Shown one piece after another: positions 62,333-64,000 of a stretch of DNA of 64,000 bases. Source of the DNA: Lepidodermella squamata (taxonomy: Eukaryota > Animalia > Gastrotricha); the NCBI GenBank assembly GCA_047495785.1, contig JBLDXI010000020.1:2294001-2358000 (forward strand). The letters are read 5' to 3'. Each line of letters starts with the position of its first letter. Within the stretch, counting starts at the first letter, position 1. The notes beneath the pieces were generated by a model. It was not told the origin of the DNA and did not search any database. It saw only the letters and a list, made by a program, of their open reading frames with translations. The translations under genes were made by a program, and so were the position numbers.

Positions 62333-63479
62333 TTTATGAATTTCGCATCCGAAGTTTAGCCTTAAAAAACTGTATAACGTTGATTTTTCGATTATATAAC
62401 AAATTTTATCACGTTTTATTTTGATTTCTCCAATGATTTATTATTAATCAGTTCTTGCCGCGCCTTATTGTCGTTGAAATAAAATTTTGGCGTACGTTCG
62501 AAGGCTGGACCAGTTCGTCCCAAGCCCTTGGTATCAGGAAAATACCTCTATGTCTAGACGAGAATATGTACGGTATACCTCCGACATTTTCCCATAGCCG
62601 GTGCGAACGTCTTTTTCGTCAACATTTCATGCGAGATGTTCAAATCGATCTAGAAATTTCCGCGATCCAGACATGAAATTTGACGCGAACATCGAATAAA
62701 ATGACCCACTCATGTGACTTCCCCGGCAAAAAAATCACACGCTCGTTTCGAATTTCTTAAATGGACGTCTCGCGCAAGACTCACGTTGGAAATTCGTCTA
62801 AAAATTCGCTTCCTATAACGTACTCGCCTGGCGGAGGCGAAACGCAGGGTTTTCTCATTTACTTGAAAGTGCTTGATGTCGTTTTTTTACCACGCGCCAT
62901 GTGATGGCGGGAGCTTTCGTGTCATCGAGATCCCCGGCGGTGTGCGCACCCACCTCAACGCGGGTCATCTTACACAAAATAATAACGTGCAAGTGAGAGA
63001 AAAAACCTATATATGAATTGAAAGCCTGTAAATGTTTCGCAGGTGTCGTAATGCGTAATACAGGCCATTATCAAGTGCGCATATTATAAAAATACACAAT
63101 TTTCATGCGGGCAAATTAGCTGCTGTTCAACGCTGTTTCCACCGGAGTATTTTCCATTACGCAAGTGTATACGAAGAGTCACAAGACCGAATAGGGTACA
63201 CGCATGCGCAGCGAATTTTTAATGTATCAAATTAAAATATTGCATCGTCAACCTAGGCGAATGGATGCACCCTATAACAACGAGTGAATCTCAGACACAA
63301 AAAATTCCGGTTTTTTTCATTTTTATTTTTTCAAAGATAAGGACACAAGGTTTTACCGGTACATCGCACTGGTATAGACTAGTTTTCTTTGTTTTTTCGG
63401 CACCGGAAATCCGAGATTGATGGCCCCGTGGCCCATCAAAATCCGTGATCTTGTTTTGTGACCAATACCCTCATTTTTT

Positions 63480-63740
63480 AATTATATTCGCCCGAGTTAT
63501 AGTTGAGATGAAGCAAGTGTACTGAGAATCCCACCTGTCAATAACATCTTGGCACGCGCAATTTAGACGAAAAAAGTAAATCAAAGACAAAACGGTGACG
63601 AATGTTGTTGGATTAATTGGTAAACTGCGGACATGGTTGTCGCAGAACCACGAATTTAAACTAGTGCAGTCGTCAACTGTCGCAAAATGACCAGTATATG
63701 AAATATCACCAGCGCATGTGACAAATCCGGACATACGGCG
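63480..63740 (-). pseudogene. Possible ancient LINE RT fragment
   Basis: CAGDISY...DCTSLNSWFCDN..LPINP loosely resembles YADD..Y...DL..L..W...N.L.LNP. Confidence 0.3.
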
Positions 63741-64000
63741 GGGAAATGATTGATCCCTTTTAGCCTTGATGCGTTTTAATATATATTATTACGACAAAGG
63801 CTTTTTAATTTTTTTATACATTGAAATACACAGGGTCATGTGAAAGTCGCTTTACGAAATTCGCTTACAGGCTTATCATCGTATTATTACTGCGCTCGTG
63901 CGTCGACAAATTGCACGTGTCATCACGTGGTTTTTGGCTGCGGCGGCGTCTACGATTACCGAAAGAGGTGTGATAATACAGCTGAGCTGTTTACGAATAA

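Overview
Gene-dense animal (invertebrate) genomic DNA with typical introns of about 45-65 nt. A few introns are inflated to 2-6 kb by stacked transposons. Protein genes: NUP85 (5' part, minus), laminin beta chain (minus), an intronless TMEM70/186/223-like mitochondrial membrane protein (minus), LENG8/Thp3 (plus), CHTF18 (plus), a divergent eEF2 (minus), SRSF2 (minus), CKAP5/XMAP215 (plus), a CYTH/CyaB-like protein (plus) and sorbitol dehydrogenase (plus). The mobile fraction includes MULE, P-element, piggyBac, hAT, Tc1/pogo and Harbinger-type elements, CR1/L2- and RTE-type LINEs, and a gypsy-like relic; several have readable TIRs and TSDs. Three candidates stand out. (1) An intact eEF2 with changes in the diphthamide loop, the S595-P596 motif and the T56 context, under a TATA+Inr promoter. 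(2) A piggyBac derivative in a CHTF18 intron whose transposase sequence is folded into a perfect 55-bp hairpin. (3) A TMEM-like/laminin-beta/NUP85 tandem with almost no room for a separate laminin promoter. All exon boundaries and family calls were made by eye, without database searches.
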